From Octopus bimaculoides (lineage: Eukaryota), in assembly GCF_001194135.2 (NCBI RefSeq), contig NC_068994.1, positions 26,819,400-26,883,399 of the forward strand: a DNA stretch of 64,000 bases. Direction: 5' to 3'. The notes below the pieces were generated by a model, which ran no database searches, was not told where the DNA came from, and saw only the letters and a list, made by a program, of their open reading frames with translations. The position numbers and the translations under genes are program-made. Below are positions 63,849-64,000 of the stretch, one piece after another. How positions within the stretch are numbered: the first letter of the stretch is position 1; each line of letters starts with the position of its first letter.

Positions 63849-64000
63849 TAAACCAGCCTTCCCCATTAAAATATACACTGCTCTACATCTTAGAGTGTGC
63901 TTCTTCTCCGGATTTATGTTTTCTACTAGCAGTTTATATATTTAAACACATATATATATGTATATGCACATATACATTTATGTGTGTGTGAATATATATA

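Overview
AT-rich, repeat-dominated eukaryotic DNA from a gapped scaffold. The repeat set (RTE LINEs with (GAT)n tails, tRNA-headed SINEs, Dong/R4, Penelope, Tc1/mariner, dense microsatellites) looks like an octopus/coleoid cephalopod genome; this is inference, not verified. There is no intact protein-coding gene. Recognisable ORFs are decayed transposon fragments (Tx1/L1, RTE, HERO, Dong/R4, Penelope, Tc1 DD34E, mariner DD34D, maT DD37D); the remaining ORFs are mostly microsatellite translations. A few isolated exon-like segments may belong to a host gene with very large introns. Most notable: (i) several type I hammerhead ribozyme motifs. Two have intact catalytic cores (33268-33358, 63786-63848), and one decayed copy lies downstream of a tRNA-like Pol III module in a Penelope 3' end. 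(ii) A 3.2-kb element with ~0.85-kb inverted arms around a TATA/Inr/E-box promoter cassette. (iii) A PHD-type zinc finger inside the RT of three RTE copies. (iv) A head-to-head RTE junction with twin-priming geometry. (v) A 105-nt 28S rRNA fragment.
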